Of a stretch of DNA of 48,583 nucleotides, positions 28,897 to 41,486 are shown in pieces. The position numbers were made by a program, and so were the translations under genes. The stretch lies in contig JALSWC010000154.1 in assembly GCA_027060825.1 (NCBI GenBank), forward strand, positions 1 through 48,583. Direction: 5' to 3'. Position 1 is the stretch's first letter; every line of letters starts with the position of its first letter. The stretch is from Sulfurimonas sp. (GTDB lineage: Bacteria; Campylobacterota; Campylobacteria; Campylobacterales; Sulfurimonadaceae). The notes under the pieces are model-generated. The model saw only the letters and a program-made list of their open reading frames with translations, did not search any database and was not told the origin of the DNA.

Positions 28897-31491
28897 ATGC
28901 TACAAGCATTCATGGGTAAGGTCTTTGGTACTGCAAATGACCGAGAATTAAAAAAATATACGAAAAAAGTTAATAAGATAAATGCGTTAGAAAAAAAATA
29001 TAAAGCATTTACAGATGAAGAGCTTCAAACTGCGTTTGAATCCTTGAAAAAGAGCGTGTTAAATGAAGAAAAAACACTTGATGATGTACTCTTTGACTCT
29101 TTTGCAATCACTAGAGAAGCATCGCATCGTGTGCTTGGTATGCGTCATTTTGATGTACAGCTTATAGGTGGTATGGTTCTTCATGAAGGGCGTATTGCTG
29201 AGATGAAAACAGGTGAGGGTAAAACACTTGTAGCAACTTTGGCTATTACATTAAATGCTATGACGAATAAAGGTGTTCATTTGGTTACGGTGAATGATTA
29301 TCTTGCTTCTCGTGATGCAAATGAGATGGCGCCACTCTATAATTTTCTAGGCTATAGTGTTGGAACAATTTTAGAAGATATGAATGATCCTGCTCAAAAG
29401 AGAGAAGCGTATGAAGCCGATATCACTTATGGTACAAATAATGAGTTTGGATTTGATTTTTTAAGAGACAATATGAGTTATTCTCTTGATCAAATGGTAC
29501 AAAGAGGGCATAACTTTGTAATAGTGGATGAAGTCGATTCTATTTTAATTGATGAAGCAAGAACACCACTTATTATTTCTGGTCCAACAAATCAAAATAT
29601 GCAAGATTATATCCGTGCAAATGCTATTGCTGTAGAGCTTGAAAAAGAGAAACATTTTACAGTAGATGAAAAAGATAAAATAATTCTAATAACAGAAGAT
29701 GGAATTACAAAAGCTGAAGAACTTTTTGGTGTTGAAAATTTATACGCTCCTGAAAATGCATCACTTTCACATATTCTTGATCAAGCTCTTAAGGCAAATA
29801 ATCTTTTTGAAAAAGATGTGGATTATGTTGTAAATGATGGTGAAGTTGTCATTGTTGATGAATTTACAGGTCGTTTAAGTGAAGGGCGAAGATTTTCAGA
29901 AGGATTGCATCAAGCACTTGAAGCAAAAGAGGCAGTAGAGATAAAAGAAGAGACACAAACACTTGCCGATATTACATTTCAAAATTACTTTAGAATGTAT
30001 GAAAAGTTAGCAGGTATGACAGGAACAGCAGAGACTGAAGCAACAGAATTTGCAGAGATTTATTCTCTTGATGTTGTCTCTATTCCTACAAATATTCCAA
30101 TTTCAAGAGCAGATTTGAATGATCTTATCTATAAAACAGAAGAAGAGAAGTTTGGTGCAGCTATTGAGACAATAAATAAACTTGCTAAAACGGGACAACC
30201 AGTGCTTATTGGTACGGCTTCAATTGAGAAATCTGAACTTTTACATGAGCTTTTAAAAGAGAAAAAAATTGCACATACTGTACTTAATGCAAAAAATCAT
30301 GCGCAAGAGGGTGAAATCATTAAGCATGCTGGTGCGAAAGGTGCTGTAACTATTGCAACAAATATGGCAGGGCGTGGTGTTGATATTAAAGTAGATCAAG
30401 AAGTAAAAGATTTGGGTGGTCTCTATATTATTGGTACAGAAAGACATGAAAATAGACGAATTGATAATCAACTTCGTGGGCGTTCTGGTCGTCAGGGTGA
30501 TCCTGGTACTACACAGTTTTATCTCTCTTTAGAAGATAACCTTTTAAGAATTTTTGGTTCTGATAAGATTAAATTAATTATGGAAAGATTAGGTGTTGAA
30601 GATGGTGAATATATAGAGTCTAAAATGGTGACTCGTGCAGTAGAAAAAGCACAGAAAAAAGTTGAAAATATGCACTATGAAGGGCGTAAACAGATTGTTG
30701 AGTATGATGATGTTGCAAATGAGCAGAGAAAAATTGTATATAAATTTAGAAATCAACTTTTAAGTGAAGAGTATGATATTGCTTCAAAAATAAACGAGAT
30801 TAGAGAAGAATGGCTCATAAATATTTTCTCTCTTACCGATATATATGAAGGTTCTGATGCAGAAGATTTCAATCTTGAAAAACTTGCTGAATTACTCAAA
30901 GAAGAGGCAAATTTTGATCTTGATAGAGATGCTTTAAAAGCCTTAGAGTATGAAGAATTGTTTGCAAAAGTATTAGAAAATTTAAAAACATCTTATGATG
31001 AAAAAATGAGTGTCATAGATGATGAAACTCGTCAATCCATAGAAAAAGAGTTCTATCTTAAAGAGCTTGATAACGCATGGAGAGAACATCTATATGCTAT
31101 GGATAATATGAAAACAGGTATTCGCTTGCGTGCATATAATCAAAAAGATCCTTTAGTTGAGTATAAAAAAGAGAGTTTTAATCTTTTTGGTGAGCTTATT
31201 AATGATATTAAATTTAATACTATTAGAACACTACATATTATTCAATTTCAAGTTGAAACGGCAGAAGAAGAAGTAGCAAAACTTGCTCAGCAATTAGAAG
31301 AAGAGAAACGCGCGCAAGAAGCATTAATGCAATTCAATCTTCATGATGATGTAGATATTGATGCTGAAGATGATTTACCAACAATAGAGAAAAAAATAGC
31401 AAGAAATGAGCCTTGTCCTTGTGGTAGTGGAAAAAAATACAAACAATGTTGTGGTAAAAGTGGTCCAAAAAAAGGTGCATTTGCCTCTTGA
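28897..31491 (+). CDS. secA: Preprotein translocase ATPase SecA
   Basis: [49 protein letters not shown] motif [13 protein letters not shown]. Start ATG 28897 behind AAGG. Confidence 0.97.
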   Translation: MLQAFMGKVFGTANDRELKKYTKKVNKINALEKKYKAFTDEELQTAFESLKKSVLNEEKTLDDVLFDSFAITREASHRVLGMRHFDVQLIGGMVLHEGRIAEMKTGEGKTLVATLAITLNAMTNKGVHLVTVNDYLASRDANEMAPLYNFLGYSVGTILEDMNDPAQKREAYEADITYGTNNEFGFDFLRDNMSYSLDQMVQRGHNFVIVDEVDSILIDEARTPLIISGPTNQNMQDYIRANAIAVELEKEKHFTVDEKDKIILITEDGITKAEELFGVENLYAPENASLSHILDQALKANNLFEKDVDYVVNDGEVVIVDEFTGRLSEGRRFSEGLHQALEAKEAVEIKEETQTLADITFQNYFRMYEKLAGMTGTAETEATEFAEIYSLDVVSIPTNIPISRADLNDLIYKTEEEKFGAAIETINKLAKTGQPVLIGTASIEKSELLHELLKEKKIAHTVLNAKNHAQEGEIIKHAGAKGAVTIATNMAGRGVDIKVDQEVKDLGGLYIIGTERHENRRIDNQLRGRSGRQGDPGTTQFYLSLEDNLLRIFGSDKIKLIMERLGVEDGEYIESKMVTRAVEKAQKKVENMHYEGRKQIVEYDDVANEQRKIVYKFRNQLLSEEYDIASKINEIREEWLINIFSLTDIYEGSDAEDFNLEKLAELLKEEANFDLDRDALKALEYEELFAKVLENLKTSYDEKMSVIDDETRQSIEKEFYLKELDNAWREHLYAMDNMKTGIRLRAYNQKDPLVEYKKESFNLFGELINDIKFNTIRTLHIIQFQVETAEEEVAKLAQQLEEEKRAQEALMQFNLHDDVDIDAEDDLPTIEKKIARNEPCPCGSGKKYKQCCGKSGPKKGAFAS

Positions 31492-32690
31492 AACATTCAA
31501 TAGTGACTTATCTTGTAAAAAGATTTTTACGCTTTGATAAAGAACAACCTTTTATCTTTATCTCAGCACTCCTCGCATTTTTAGGTATCACTTTAGGTGT
31601 CATGGTTCTTCTTATTGCCATGGCACTTATGAATGGTTTTGATAAAGAGTTTAAGCATAAACTTACTATTATGAATTATCCTTTGACTGTACTTCCTAAA
31701 TTTTATGGTTCAGTAAATAAAAATCTTCTTATAGATTTAGAATCAAAATTTCCACATCTAAAATTTAGTCCTTATGTTCAATCATCTGTTATGGCAAGAA
31801 GTGGAAGAAAACTAGAGGGTGGATACCTTTTTGGTGTGAATTTTGATGATGAAAAAAATGTAAATTCTGTCTTAAAAAAGGCTATAGTTGGGCATAATTT
31901 CAATAAGTTTGATGTGCTTATTGGACATAGTTTAAAAGAGGAGTTTAATCTTCATATTAATGATAAATTGATGTATATTTTTACAAATTTGGAACCTGGA
32001 GGACTTACTGTTACTCCAAAAATAAAAAGATTTCATGTACGCTCTGTATTTAATTCTGGATTATCTGCTTATGATAAGGCTTACTCTTATACTACGCTAG
32101 CATCTTTACAAGTTATTTTAAATATGCCACGAAATGAGTATGATGGAATCCATATATACTCAAAAAATCCACATGAAGATATAAAAAGAATTAAAAAAGT
32201 ATTACCAATCAGCACTACAATAAAAGGTTGGTGGGAAGATAATCTGAATTTTTTTGCTGCTCTTGAGATGGAGAAAACTTCTCTTTTTATTGTTTTAATG
32301 CTTATTATTCTTATAGCAGCCATAAATATAATTTCATCTTTGCTTATGACGGTTATGAATAGGCGTGGTGAAATTGCACTCCTGTTATCACTTGGTACAA
32401 CAAAGGGAGAAGTAAAAAAAGTGTTTTTATATCTTGGCATTGTTATTGGTATTGGTGGTATAGTTGCAGGAACTATTTTAGGACTGAGTGGTATTTGGGT
32501 TTTAAGCAATTTTGATATAGTTTCTTTACCAAAAGATGTTTATCCTACATCAACACTTCCTTTAGATTTAAGTATTCAAGATTTTTGTATGATTATAGGA
32601 GGAGCTTTTTTAATTGTAGTTGCTTCTTCTTATTATCCTGCTAAAAAAGCAAGTGAGGTAGATATACTTACTGTTCTTAGAAATGAATAG
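31488..32690 (+). CDS. Lipoprotein-releasing ABC permease (LolC/E, LolF-like)
   Basis: ALMNGF, four-TM FtsX-like topology, [21 protein letters not shown]; TTGA overlap with secA. Confidence 0.9.
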   Translation: MKHSIVTYLVKRFLRFDKEQPFIFISALLAFLGITLGVMVLLIAMALMNGFDKEFKHKLTIMNYPLTVLPKFYGSVNKNLLIDLESKFPHLKFSPYVQSSVMARSGRKLEGGYLFGVNFDDEKNVNSVLKKAIVGHNFNKFDVLIGHSLKEEFNLHINDKLMYIFTNLEPGGLTVTPKIKRFHVRSVFNSGLSAYDKAYSYTTLASLQVILNMPRNEYDGIHIYSKNPHEDIKRIKKVLPISTTIKGWWEDNLNFFAALEMEKTSLFIVLMLIILIAAINIISSLLMTVMNRRGEIALLLSLGTTKGEVKKVFLYLGIVIGIGGIVAGTILGLSGIWVLSNFDIVSLPKDVYPTSTLPLDLSIQDFCMIIGGAFLIVVASSYYPAKKASEVDILTVLRNE

Positions 32691-32694
32691 GGCT

Positions 32695-35600
32695 TTATTT
32701 AGAGATATTTATATCATTTACTGCCTTTTTAATGAGATGGTAAGGTAGGGTAAGTGTTCGTTTTATAATATTTAAAGGGGCAACGACTATATCTTTTACA
32801 AGTTGTGTTTGTATTTTTGGATTATTGAGTTTCCCTGTTACTTTTAAGGTAGTAGAGAGGCTTTTCCCATCAAATACAATGTAGCCTACTAATGGAATTT
32901 TAGAAATATCACTTGCTAAGTCTGTTTTTAAATCTAATAATAAATTAATTTTATTTTGTTTCATATTTACAGTTCCTTTTCCAACAATTTTCAACTCTTT
33001 TGAATTAAGATAAAAATCAGAAATATCCATTAATCCATTTTTAGATGAAAACTTAAGATAAGCGTTCTTTGTATAAAGCCCAACTGTATTGTAATCTGGT
33101 AAAGAAAAGGTTACTAAAGATGGAATTGTATTTACAAAAGCAAGAATATTATTTAAGAGTTTGTACTCAACTATTGTTGTATTATTTACAAAGAATACTC
33201 CTGAGTAATCATCAAAATTTCCTTGCATTGAAAAATTCAATCTTCCTCCTTTAAATTTTGAAAATGCTAAAAGTTGTTCCATAAATTTGTCATTAAAATT
33301 TTTCCCATAGAGATAAAATTTATTGTGAGCAAGTTTAAAACCAGCATTTCCTTTTTTATATGTTAATTGTGCAGTAATGATATTATTAATATCTTGCATA
33401 GTTATTGTATTAGATAGCACATATCTATTTTTACTTATGTATATATAAGAGTTTAGTGCATTTAGATATATTTTAGGCATTGGTGCTGAAGATTTTGTAT
33501 TTATTTGTGTAGCTTTAATAGTTTTGATTAGCTTGATTATTTGATTTATATTTATACCACAATTTTTTGCATCAATTTTTACTTTATCATCAATTTTTAT
33601 TTTAACTTTATTATTTACATTCATATATATTTTTTTATCTTTAGTAATTTTACCTATTATTTTATATGTATGAATTTGCTTGTTATTATCCATTAGTATT
33701 GAATAGGGATAGGTAATTTTTGCTTGAAATTTTGTGTTTAATTGCATACTCTTTTTATAAAAACTTACTGTACCATTGGAAATATGTAATTTTTTTAAAA
33801 TATCTGAATTTTTTGCTATTTTATCTAATGAAAATAGCTTGAGTTTCCATTTCTCTTTATTTGAAAAGAATATGGCATGAATTTGTGGAGATTTAACAGT
33901 TATATTTTTATCACTAAAAAATGCTTGTAGTTGAATTTTTTTATTTTTATAAAAAATTCTCTGTGTTCTTGGACTCTTGAGTATAAAATTATTTAATCCA
34001 ATATCTATTTGATTAGAATTAAAAAGATATTTGGCATAGATTTTAGTGCTAATATATTTACCAATTTCAATAGAAGTTGGTTCTAATTTAACATTGTTAT
34101 CACTAAAAATAATCTGAAATTTTTTAATTTTATATTGCGAACCATTCATAGATATGTAAATATCGTTTTCTGAGTTTAGAGTAAATTTAGAATTATATTT
34201 TGCTTTAAGATGAATATCTGTTTGTTCAAGCTTTAAACTTTCGTAATTAAGTTTAAAGAGATCTATATCAAAAGTAAGCTGTTTGGTCTTTATATTTATA
34301 GTAGCACTAACAAATGCTTTTGCAAGATTTTTAGCACTAACTATTACTGGAGGAAGTTCAATTGAAGTACCTTTAGGATCGTAAGGTATAGAAAACGCAT
34401 TCAAAAATATTTTTTGATGCTTATATTCCCATTGCGATTTATTAATTCGTAAAAAATTTTTATTTTTTGAGAGGTGATATAAAATATGAAGTTTTGAACT
34501 TGGCATATCAAGATGCAATCCTTTATATTGAATATTATTGACTTTAAAATGAATGTTACCAAGCTCTTTGCTAACATTATATGTAGCAGTTAAATTCGTA
34601 TCAAGAATATTTTGATATTTAACATGCATTTTATCAATTGTCACATCACTATTGTGTAGATGAATATGACTATTAAAAAGATTAAGGTTAAGCCCTATAA
34701 AATTAATATTTGCTTTTTTAAGTGAAAAGTCTCCATCAACATTGATATGAATTGTGCGTAAATCTATATTTAAATGTAGATCTGTTTTTATGAAACCACT
34801 ATTTTGTTTCAATGGTAATATTATTTTATATACAGAGAGTAGATGCAAAATACTACTATTGACTTTTCCATTTAAGTGCAAATAGAGATCTAAAAGTTCA
34901 TGTTTCTTTGTAAAATTAATTTTTAACCAACTATTTTTTAAGTAGGTATTATATGTATATGCTTGTCGTGGCTCAATATAAAGAATCCCATTTTTAAATT
35001 TTAGTTCTGTTTGCTTACTATAAATTACTGCAAGTTTTGGATTATATCTATATTTTAAGGAGTGAACTACTGCATCTAGATAAATATGTTTATAGGCATT
35101 TTTTAGGTTATGAAAGTTAATTACTCCATTTATTTTTTTTATTGTTACATATTTTGCTTTAATTGCATCATTTGCCCAATATTTAATAGTTTTAGTAAAA
35201 GGAATTAAATTTAGCAATGCTTTAATATTGTGAATTTTATTGTGTGATTTTATTGTGTACAATAGATGATTTTTATCAGATATAGTATATAAAGTTACAT
35301 TAGCATCATTATTTAGTAAAATATTTAGTTTTGCATATTGTTTTAAAGTAGTTGTATTTATAAGAATATTTCCATTGATACTTGTTTTATATTTACTACT
35401 ATTTAACTCCTGAATATGAATAGCTAAATTACTATTTTGTGTAAAAAGTATAGCCGTACAATTAACTAGGTTTTTATAATGAAAATGGAGTAATCCTTTT
35501 TGTTTTGAAGAGTAGTCAAAATCAGCTGTAAAATCATCTATTTCAATTTTACTAATAGTAAGAGTCCCTATGTATGGTATTATTTCAGAAATTAATCTTA

Positions 35601-35868
35601 AATAGCTATTTATCTCTTTAAAACTTGGTTTTTTACTAGATGTCGCTTGTGGCTCAATTTTTATATCATCAATTGTAATATGAAGTTGATTATCAAATCT
35701 AATATAACTATTTTTGAGGTAAAAATTTGATATATGGAGATTATCAAGATATAATCCATTTTGTAAAACAAAAAATAAAACAATTAGAAAGAGAATTATG
35801 AAAGAAAACAAGCTCACAATAGTTATGTATATTTTTGATATTATTTTAATAATAAGTTTATCTCTCAT
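32695..35868 (-). CDS. AsmA-like / YhdP (DUF3971) envelope protein
   Basis: 1057-aa beta-rich ORF with one N-terminal TM and C-terminal ISKIPLVGYI...KVTGKLNNPKI typical of AsmA-like proteins. Confidence 0.75.
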   Translation of the reverse strand: MRDKLIIKIISKIYITIVSLFSFIILFLIVLFFVLQNGLYLDNLHISNFYLKNSYIRFDNQLHITIDDIKIEPQATSSKKPSFKEINSYLRLISEIIPYIGTLTISKIEIDDFTADFDYSSKQKGLLHFHYKNLVNCTAILFTQNSNLAIHIQELNSSKYKTSINGNILINTTTLKQYAKLNILLNNDANVTLYTISDKNHLLYTIKSHNKIHNIKALLNLIPFTKTIKYWANDAIKAKYVTIKKINGVINFHNLKNAYKHIYLDAVVHSLKYRYNPKLAVIYSKQTELKFKNGILYIEPRQAYTYNTYLKNSWLKINFTKKHELLDLYLHLNGKVNSSILHLLSVYKIILPLKQNSGFIKTDLHLNIDLRTIHINVDGDFSLKKANINFIGLNLNLFNSHIHLHNSDVTIDKMHVKYQNILDTNLTATYNVSKELGNIHFKVNNIQYKGLHLDMPSSKLHILYHLSKNKNFLRINKSQWEYKHQKIFLNAFSIPYDPKGTSIELPPVIVSAKNLAKAFVSATINIKTKQLTFDIDLFKLNYESLKLEQTDIHLKAKYNSKFTLNSENDIYISMNGSQYKIKKFQIIFSDNNVKLEPTSIEIGKYISTKIYAKYLFNSNQIDIGLNNFILKSPRTQRIFYKNKKIQLQAFFSDKNITVKSPQIHAIFFSNKEKWKLKLFSLDKIAKNSDILKKLHISNGTVSFYKKSMQLNTKFQAKITYPYSILMDNNKQIHTYKIIGKITKDKKIYMNVNNKVKIKIDDKVKIDAKNCGININQIIKLIKTIKATQINTKSSAPMPKIYLNALNSYIYISKNRYVLSNTITMQDINNIITAQLTYKKGNAGFKLAHNKFYLYGKNFNDKFMEQLLAFSKFKGGRLNFSMQGNFDDYSGVFFVNNTTIVEYKLLNNILAFVNTIPSLVTFSLPDYNTVGLYTKNAYLKFSSKNGLMDISDFYLNSKELKIVGKGTVNMKQNKINLLLDLKTDLASDISKIPLVGYIVFDGKSLSTTLKVTGKLNNPKIQTQLVKDIVVAPLNIIKRTLTLPYHLIKKAVNDINISK

Positions 35869-36742
35869 GTACTACCTAAATCAGCCAATTCAAACCCCTA
35901 AAATAATCTACATACCGAAGGGTTCTATAAATCAAATTATAGCACAATTAGAACGAAATCATTATGATGTGAATAAATTAGATACATACTTTTTACGGCT
36001 TATTGGGACGCCACAGCATGGATGGATAAATTTAAAAACTTCAAATAATACAAAAGCAGATTTTTTATATAAATTAACGACTTCTAAAGCTGCACTACAA
36101 AAAGTAACACTTATCCCTGGTGAGACTACATATATATTTTTAAATGAATTAGCAAAAAAACTTCATCTAAATGCAGCGACTTTACAAAAAGAGTACAAGC
36201 GTCAATCCCCTTTTAGTGAAGGGGTGTTGGTACCTGATACATATCAGTTACCACGAGGTATAAATGAAAAAATTGTAATAAAACTTCTGCTTAGACTTTC
36301 GCTACGAAGAACAAAACAGCTTTCTTATGAAATTTTTGGCACATATAATGAAAAAAAATGGTTTCATTATGTAGCACTTGCATCTATTATTCAAAAAGAA
36401 GCAGCGAATAATGCAGAAATGCCTATAATAAGCTCTGTAATTTATAATCGCTTGAAAAAGGGTATGAGATTGCAAATGGATGGAGCATTAAATTATGGAA
36501 AATATTCGCATATAAAAGTAACACCTAAGAGAATTAGGGAAGATAAGAGTATATATAATACATATAAACATAAAGGTGTACCTAAAATTCCAGTATGTAA
36601 TGTTGGATTTGAAGCAATTAAAGCTGCAATATTTCCAGCGAAAACAGATTATCTCTATTTTGTAAAATCAAAATTAGGAGTACATAAATTTGCATGTAAC
36701 TATTCTACACACTTATACAATATAAGGCATGCTACAAAATGA
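35798..36742 (+). CDS. mltG: Endolytic transglycosylase MltG (YceG)
   Basis: TLIPGET, EGVLVPDTY, LASIIQKE, NRLKKGMRLQMD, YNTY, YLYFV; exact start uncertain. Confidence 0.92.
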   Translation: MKENKLTIVMYIFDIILIISLSLMYYLNQPIQTPKIIYIPKGSINQIIAQLERNHYDVNKLDTYFLRLIGTPQHGWINLKTSNNTKADFLYKLTTSKAALQKVTLIPGETTYIFLNELAKKLHLNAATLQKEYKRQSPFSEGVLVPDTYQLPRGINEKIVIKLLLRLSLRRTKQLSYEIFGTYNEKKWFHYVALASIIQKEAANNAEMPIISSVIYNRLKKGMRLQMDGALNYGKYSHIKVTPKRIREDKSIYNTYKHKGVPKIPVCNVGFEAIKAAIFPAKTDYLYFVKSKLGVHKFACNYSTHLYNIRHATK

Positions 36743-36746
36743 AACA
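36733..36746 (-). promoter_or_regulatory. Putative shared TCA operator upstream of icd
   Basis: Reverse complement TGTTTCATTTTGTA. Confidence 0.4.
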
Positions 36747-36878
36747 TATTTAAAATATCTTTACTTATTCTTATGTGGTTTACGCATATTGTATATCTTA
36801 GTGTTATTATTGAACTTAGAAAATCCATTAATTGTAAGATTTATGGATCTAATTATAATATAACTATAAGGATAAACA

Positions 36879-39071
36879 ATGTCAAAAATCATTTGGACTA
36901 AAATTGATGAAGCTCCGGCTTTAGCAACATATTCATTATTACCAATTGTACAAGCTTTTACAAAGAGTGCTGGTATAGAAGTAGAAGAGAGAGATATATC
37001 TTTATCGGCTAGAGTTATTGCTACTATGGTAGATTATCTGAACGAAGATCAAAAGATGGCTAATGAATTAGCATATTTGGGTGAAGTTGTGCAACAAGCA
37101 GAAGGAAACATCATTAAACTTCCAAATATTTCTGCATCAATTCCTCAACTGAAAGAGTGTATTGCAGAACTTCAATCAAAAGGGTATGCTTTACCAGAGT
37201 ATCCTGAACATGCAGAGAGTGAAGAAGAGAAAGCACTTCAAGCAAAATATGCTAATTGTTTAGGTTCAGCTGTGAATCCTGTTCTTCGTGAAGGAAATTC
37301 TGATCGTCGTGCGGCACTAGCAGTGAAAAACTTTGCTAAGAAAAATCCACATAAATTACGTCCTTTTGCAGAAAATGCTAAAACTTATGTAGATTCAATG
37401 TCATCAGATGATTTTTATGCAAATGAACAATCTGTAATTATTGATGGTGAACAAAATGTAACTATTGAACTTAATGGTAAAGTGCTTAAAAATGTTGATG
37501 CAAAAGATAAAGAGATTTTAGATGGTACATTTTTATCCGTAAAGGCATTGCGTAAATTTTATAAAGAATCAATTCAAAGAGCAAAAGAAAATGGTGTTTT
37601 ATGGTCACTTCATTTAAAAGCAACTATGATGAAAGTCTCTGACCCAGTTATGTTCGGTCATGCTGTTGAAGTATTCTTTGAAGATGTATTTACAAAATAT
37701 GCAGATGAATTTAAAAAACTTGGTGTAAATGCAAATCTTGGTCTTGGTGATTTAGAGAAAAAACTTGAAAATTCAGATAAAAAAGATGAAATTTTAGCAG
37801 CAATTAAAAATGTTATAAATAACGGTGATGTAAATGTTGCTATGGTTGATAGCGATAATGGCATTACAAATCTCCATGCTTCAAATGATATTATTATTGA
37901 TGCTTCACTTCCTGTTGTGATTCGTGATGGTGGAAAAATGTGGAATAAAGATGGTAAAACTGAAGAGTGTGTAGCTGTAATTCCAGACCGTTGTTATGCT
38001 AACTTTTACCGTCCAATGGTTGAAGATTGTGTTAAGAATGGTCAATACGATGTAACTACTATGGGTTCTGTTGCAAATGTTGGACTTATGGCAGAAAAAG
38101 CTGAAGAGTATGGTTCTCATCCAACTACTATTATAGCACCAGAAGATGGGACTATGGAAGTAAAAGATGCTGCTGGTAATGTTCTTATGAATCATAAAGT
38201 AGAAAAGGGTGATATTTGGAGAATGTCTCGTGCAAAAGATATTCCAATTAAAGATTGGGTTCGTCTTGCAGTAGAGAGAGCTAGAATTGAAAAAGTACCA
38301 ACAATTTTCTGGTTAGATGAAAATCGCGCTCATGATGCAAATATGATTAAAAAAGTGAATGAATACCTAAAATTACATGATACAAAAGATTTAGATATTC
38401 GTATTATGGAAGTAGAGGAAGCTACGAAATTTTCTAATGCTCGTGTAAGAGAAGGGAAAAATAGTATTGCTGTCACTGGGAATGTTCTTCGTGATTATTT
38501 AACAGATATGTATCCAATTTTAGAGCTTGGAACATCTGCAAAAATGTTATCAATTGTACCATTGTTAGCTGGTGGTGGTCTTTTTGAAACAGGTGCTGGT
38601 GGTTCTGCTCCTAAACATGTTGATCAATTTCTTTCAGAAGGGCATTTAAGATGGGATTCTCTAGGTGAATTTTTAGCACTTGCTGAATCTTTAAGATATA
38701 TTGAGAAAAAACATCCAAATGAAAAATTAGAAATTCTAACAGCTGCTCTTGATGTTGCAAACAATAGATATCTTGACAACAACAAAGCTCCATCAAGAAA
38801 AGTTGGTGAGCCAGACAATAAAGCTTCTCATTTCTTTGTAGCTCAATACTGGGCGCAAGATTTAGCTGATAGTGATAATGCTGAACTCTCTGCTAAATTT
38901 CGTCCTATTGCAAAAGCACTTATTGAAAATGAAGATAAAATTATTGCTGAACTTTTAGCTTCTGAAGGTGAAGCAAAAGATATTGGTGGTTACTATCGTC
39001 CAGACAATGCAAAAGTTGTTGCAGCAATGCGTCCATCTGCTACTTTGAATGCTATTATAGATTCAATCTAA
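36879..39071 (+). CDS. icd: Monomeric NADP-dependent isocitrate dehydrogenase
   Basis: DEAPALATYS, IKLPNISAS, GSAVNPVLREGNSDRR, FETGAGGSAPKH. Confidence 0.97.
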   Translation: MSKIIWTKIDEAPALATYSLLPIVQAFTKSAGIEVEERDISLSARVIATMVDYLNEDQKMANELAYLGEVVQQAEGNIIKLPNISASIPQLKECIAELQSKGYALPEYPEHAESEEEKALQAKYANCLGSAVNPVLREGNSDRRAALAVKNFAKKNPHKLRPFAENAKTYVDSMSSDDFYANEQSVIIDGEQNVTIELNGKVLKNVDAKDKEILDGTFLSVKALRKFYKESIQRAKENGVLWSLHLKATMMKVSDPVMFGHAVEVFFEDVFTKYADEFKKLGVNANLGLGDLEKKLENSDKKDEILAAIKNVINNGDVNVAMVDSDNGITNLHASNDIIIDASLPVVIRDGGKMWNKDGKTEECVAVIPDRCYANFYRPMVEDCVKNGQYDVTTMGSVANVGLMAEKAEEYGSHPTTIIAPEDGTMEVKDAAGNVLMNHKVEKGDIWRMSRAKDIPIKDWVRLAVERARIEKVPTIFWLDENRAHDANMIKKVNEYLKLHDTKDLDIRIMEVEEATKFSNARVREGKNSIAVTGNVLRDYLTDMYPILELGTSAKMLSIVPLLAGGGLFETGAGGSAPKHVDQFLSEGHLRWDSLGEFLALAESLRYIEKKHPNEKLEILTAALDVANNRYLDNNKAPSRKVGEPDNKASHFFVAQYWAQDLADSDNAELSAKFRPIAKALIENEDKIIAELLASEGEAKDIGGYYRPDNAKVVAAMRPSATLNAIIDSI

Positions 39072-39095
39072 GTAATTTAATTTTAAGGAGCATAT

Positions 39096-40052
39096 ATGAG
39101 TCAAGGAAAAAGAGTAGGTATTGTAGGAGCAGGAAATGTTGGTGCAACCGTAGCATACTCTCTTGCTATGCAAGGGTCTTGTCATGAGATTATTTTGCGT
39201 GATAATAAAATTGATGTAGCAAAAGGGAAAGCATTAGACATGTCTCAAGCTGCTTCTGCTGTTAGAAGCCATACTATAGTTTCTGTTGCTGAAGAGATGT
39301 CTGATCTTGTAGATTGTGATGTTGTTGTTATTACTGCTGGAAGTCCACGACTACCAGGTATGAGTCGTGATGATTTACTTATGATTAATGCAAAGATTAC
39401 AAAAGAGGTAGTGCTTGGTGTTGCAAAATACTCTCCTCAAGCTATCATTATTATGGTTTCAAATCCTCTCGATGCTATGACTTATGTTGCTCTTAAAGAG
39501 AGTGGATTTGAAAGAAGTAGAGTGATTGGTATGGCAGGGATTCTTGATAGCTCTCGTATGGCTGCATTTATACAAGAAAAATTAGGCTATGGTGGAGGAC
39601 AGATTCGTGCTTCAGTTATGGGTGGACATGGTGATGATATGGTTCCTTTACCTCGTTATTCAACTGTAGCTGGTGTTCCTCTAACAGATGTTTTGAGTCA
39701 AACGGAAATAGATGAAATAGTTGACCGTACTCGTCATGGTGGTGCTGAAATTGTTGGTTATCTTAAAACTGGTTCAGCATATTATGCTCCAGCGAAATCG
39801 GCAGCTATTATGGTTGATGCAATTCTTAAAGATACAAAACAGATTCATCCATGTGCTGTTTGTCTTGAAGGTGAGTATGGTTATAGTGATGTTGTATCTG
39901 GTGTACCTGTAATGTTAGGTGCAAAAGGTGCTGAAAAAATCATTGAAGTTACATTAGATGATAAAGAAAATAAAATGTTTGCTCAGTCATGTAGTTCTGT
40001 AACAGGACTTATTGACACATTGAAATCAAACAATTTTTTTGAAGGAGAATAA
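39096..40052 (+). CDS. mdh: Malate dehydrogenase (LDH-like)
   Basis: [27 protein letters not shown]. Confidence 0.96.
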   Translation: MSQGKRVGIVGAGNVGATVAYSLAMQGSCHEIILRDNKIDVAKGKALDMSQAASAVRSHTIVSVAEEMSDLVDCDVVVITAGSPRLPGMSRDDLLMINAKITKEVVLGVAKYSPQAIIIMVSNPLDAMTYVALKESGFERSRVIGMAGILDSSRMAAFIQEKLGYGGGQIRASVMGGHGDDMVPLPRYSTVAGVPLTDVLSQTEIDEIVDRTRHGGAEIVGYLKTGSAYYAPAKSAAIMVDAILKDTKQIHPCAVCLEGEYGYSDVVSGVPVMLGAKGAEKIIEVTLDDKENKMFAQSCSSVTGLIDTLKSNNFFEGE

Positions 40053-40056
40053 AGAG

Positions 40057-41448
40057 ATGAAAACTCGTATTGAAAAAGATACAATGGGAGAGATAGAAGT
40101 TCCTGTTGATGCTTATTGGGCTGCGCAAACGCAAAGAAGTGTACAAAATTTTAAAATTGGTGCAGAGACAATGCCGTATGAGATTACTCGTGCATTTTCA
40201 TATTTAAAAAAGGCAGTAGCTCTTGTAAATAAAGATTTAGGCAAACTTGATGCAAAAAAAGCAGATGCAATCGCACAAGCTGCTGATGATATGCTTGCAG
40301 GAAAACTTGATGGAAATTATCCTTTAGTTGTATGGCAAACTGGTTCAGGCACACAATCAAATATGAATAACAATGAAGTTCTTGCAAATCGTGCTACAGA
40401 AATTTTAGGTGGAGATTTTAGAGTAGAAAAACTTGTTCATCCAAATGATGATGTAAACAAATCACAATCTTCAAATGATACTTATCCGACTGCACTTCAT
40501 GTAGCTTCTGTTATTGCTGTTGAAGAACAACTTTTACCTGCTATTGCAAAATTAAAAGCTACACTTCAAGCCAAAAGTGAAGAGTTTGCTCATATTGTAA
40601 AAATTGGACGCACACACCTTCAAGATGCTACACCTTTAACTCTTGGTCAAGAGATTAGTGGTTGGGTAGAAATGCTTAATAAATCTGAAAAAATGGCAAA
40701 AGATTCATTAGATGCTGTAAGAGAACTTGCACTTGGTGGAACTGCTGTTGGAACAGGGCTTAATGCACATCCTGAACTCGGTGAGAGAGTTGCAAAAAAA
40801 CTTTCAGAGCTTACAGGACATGACTTTATTACAGCACCAAATAAATTTCATGCTTTAACATCTCATGATGCACTTGTATTTGCTCATGGTGCCTTAAAAG
40901 CACTCTCTGCAGATATGATGAAAATAGCAAATGATGTAAGATGGCTAGCATCTGGTCCTCGATGTGGAATAGGGGAGATAGAAATTCCTGCCAATGAGCC
41001 TGGTTCTTCAATTATGCCAGGAAAAGTAAATCCTACACAAAGTGAAGCAGTAACCATGGTAACTTGTCAAGTTATGGGTAATGATGCTACTATTGGTTTT
41101 GCCGCTTCTCAAGGTAATTTTGAATTAAATGTATTTAAACCTGTAATTGCATATAATTTCTTACAATCAGTAAGACTTTTAAGTGATTCTATTGTTTCAT
41201 TTAATGACAATGCTGCTGTTGGTATAAAACCAGTTGAAGATAAAATTGATTATTACTTAAATAATTCACTTATGTTGGTAACAGCACTTAATCCATATAT
41301 TGGGTATGAAAATGCAGCAAAAATTGCAAAAACTGCACATGCAAACAATTCAACACTCAAAGAGACTGCGATTGAGCTTGGTCTTTTAACTGCTGAACAA
41401 TTTGATGAGTATGTTAAACCAGAAGAGATGATTGCACCAAAAGCATAG
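40057..41448 (+). CDS. fumC: Class II fumarate hydratase
   Basis: [27 protein letters not shown]. Start moved to ATG 40057. Confidence 0.97.
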   Translation: MKTRIEKDTMGEIEVPVDAYWAAQTQRSVQNFKIGAETMPYEITRAFSYLKKAVALVNKDLGKLDAKKADAIAQAADDMLAGKLDGNYPLVVWQTGSGTQSNMNNNEVLANRATEILGGDFRVEKLVHPNDDVNKSQSSNDTYPTALHVASVIAVEEQLLPAIAKLKATLQAKSEEFAHIVKIGRTHLQDATPLTLGQEISGWVEMLNKSEKMAKDSLDAVRELALGGTAVGTGLNAHPELGERVAKKLSELTGHDFITAPNKFHALTSHDALVFAHGALKALSADMMKIANDVRWLASGPRCGIGEIEIPANEPGSSIMPGKVNPTQSEAVTMVTCQVMGNDATIGFAASQGNFELNVFKPVIAYNFLQSVRLLSDSIVSFNDNAAVGIKPVEDKIDYYLNNSLMLVTALNPYIGYENAAKIAKTAHANNSTLKETAIELGLLTAEQFDEYVKPEEMIAPKA

Positions 41449-41486
41449 TTCTAGTGAAAAAAACTAATTTAAAATAAGGAGATTAA

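Noticed and set aside
32695-35868. Very AT-rich stretch as a horizontally acquired island
   Set aside because: Confined to one K/I/N-rich AsmA-like gene in a housekeeping context next to mltG; no mobility genes
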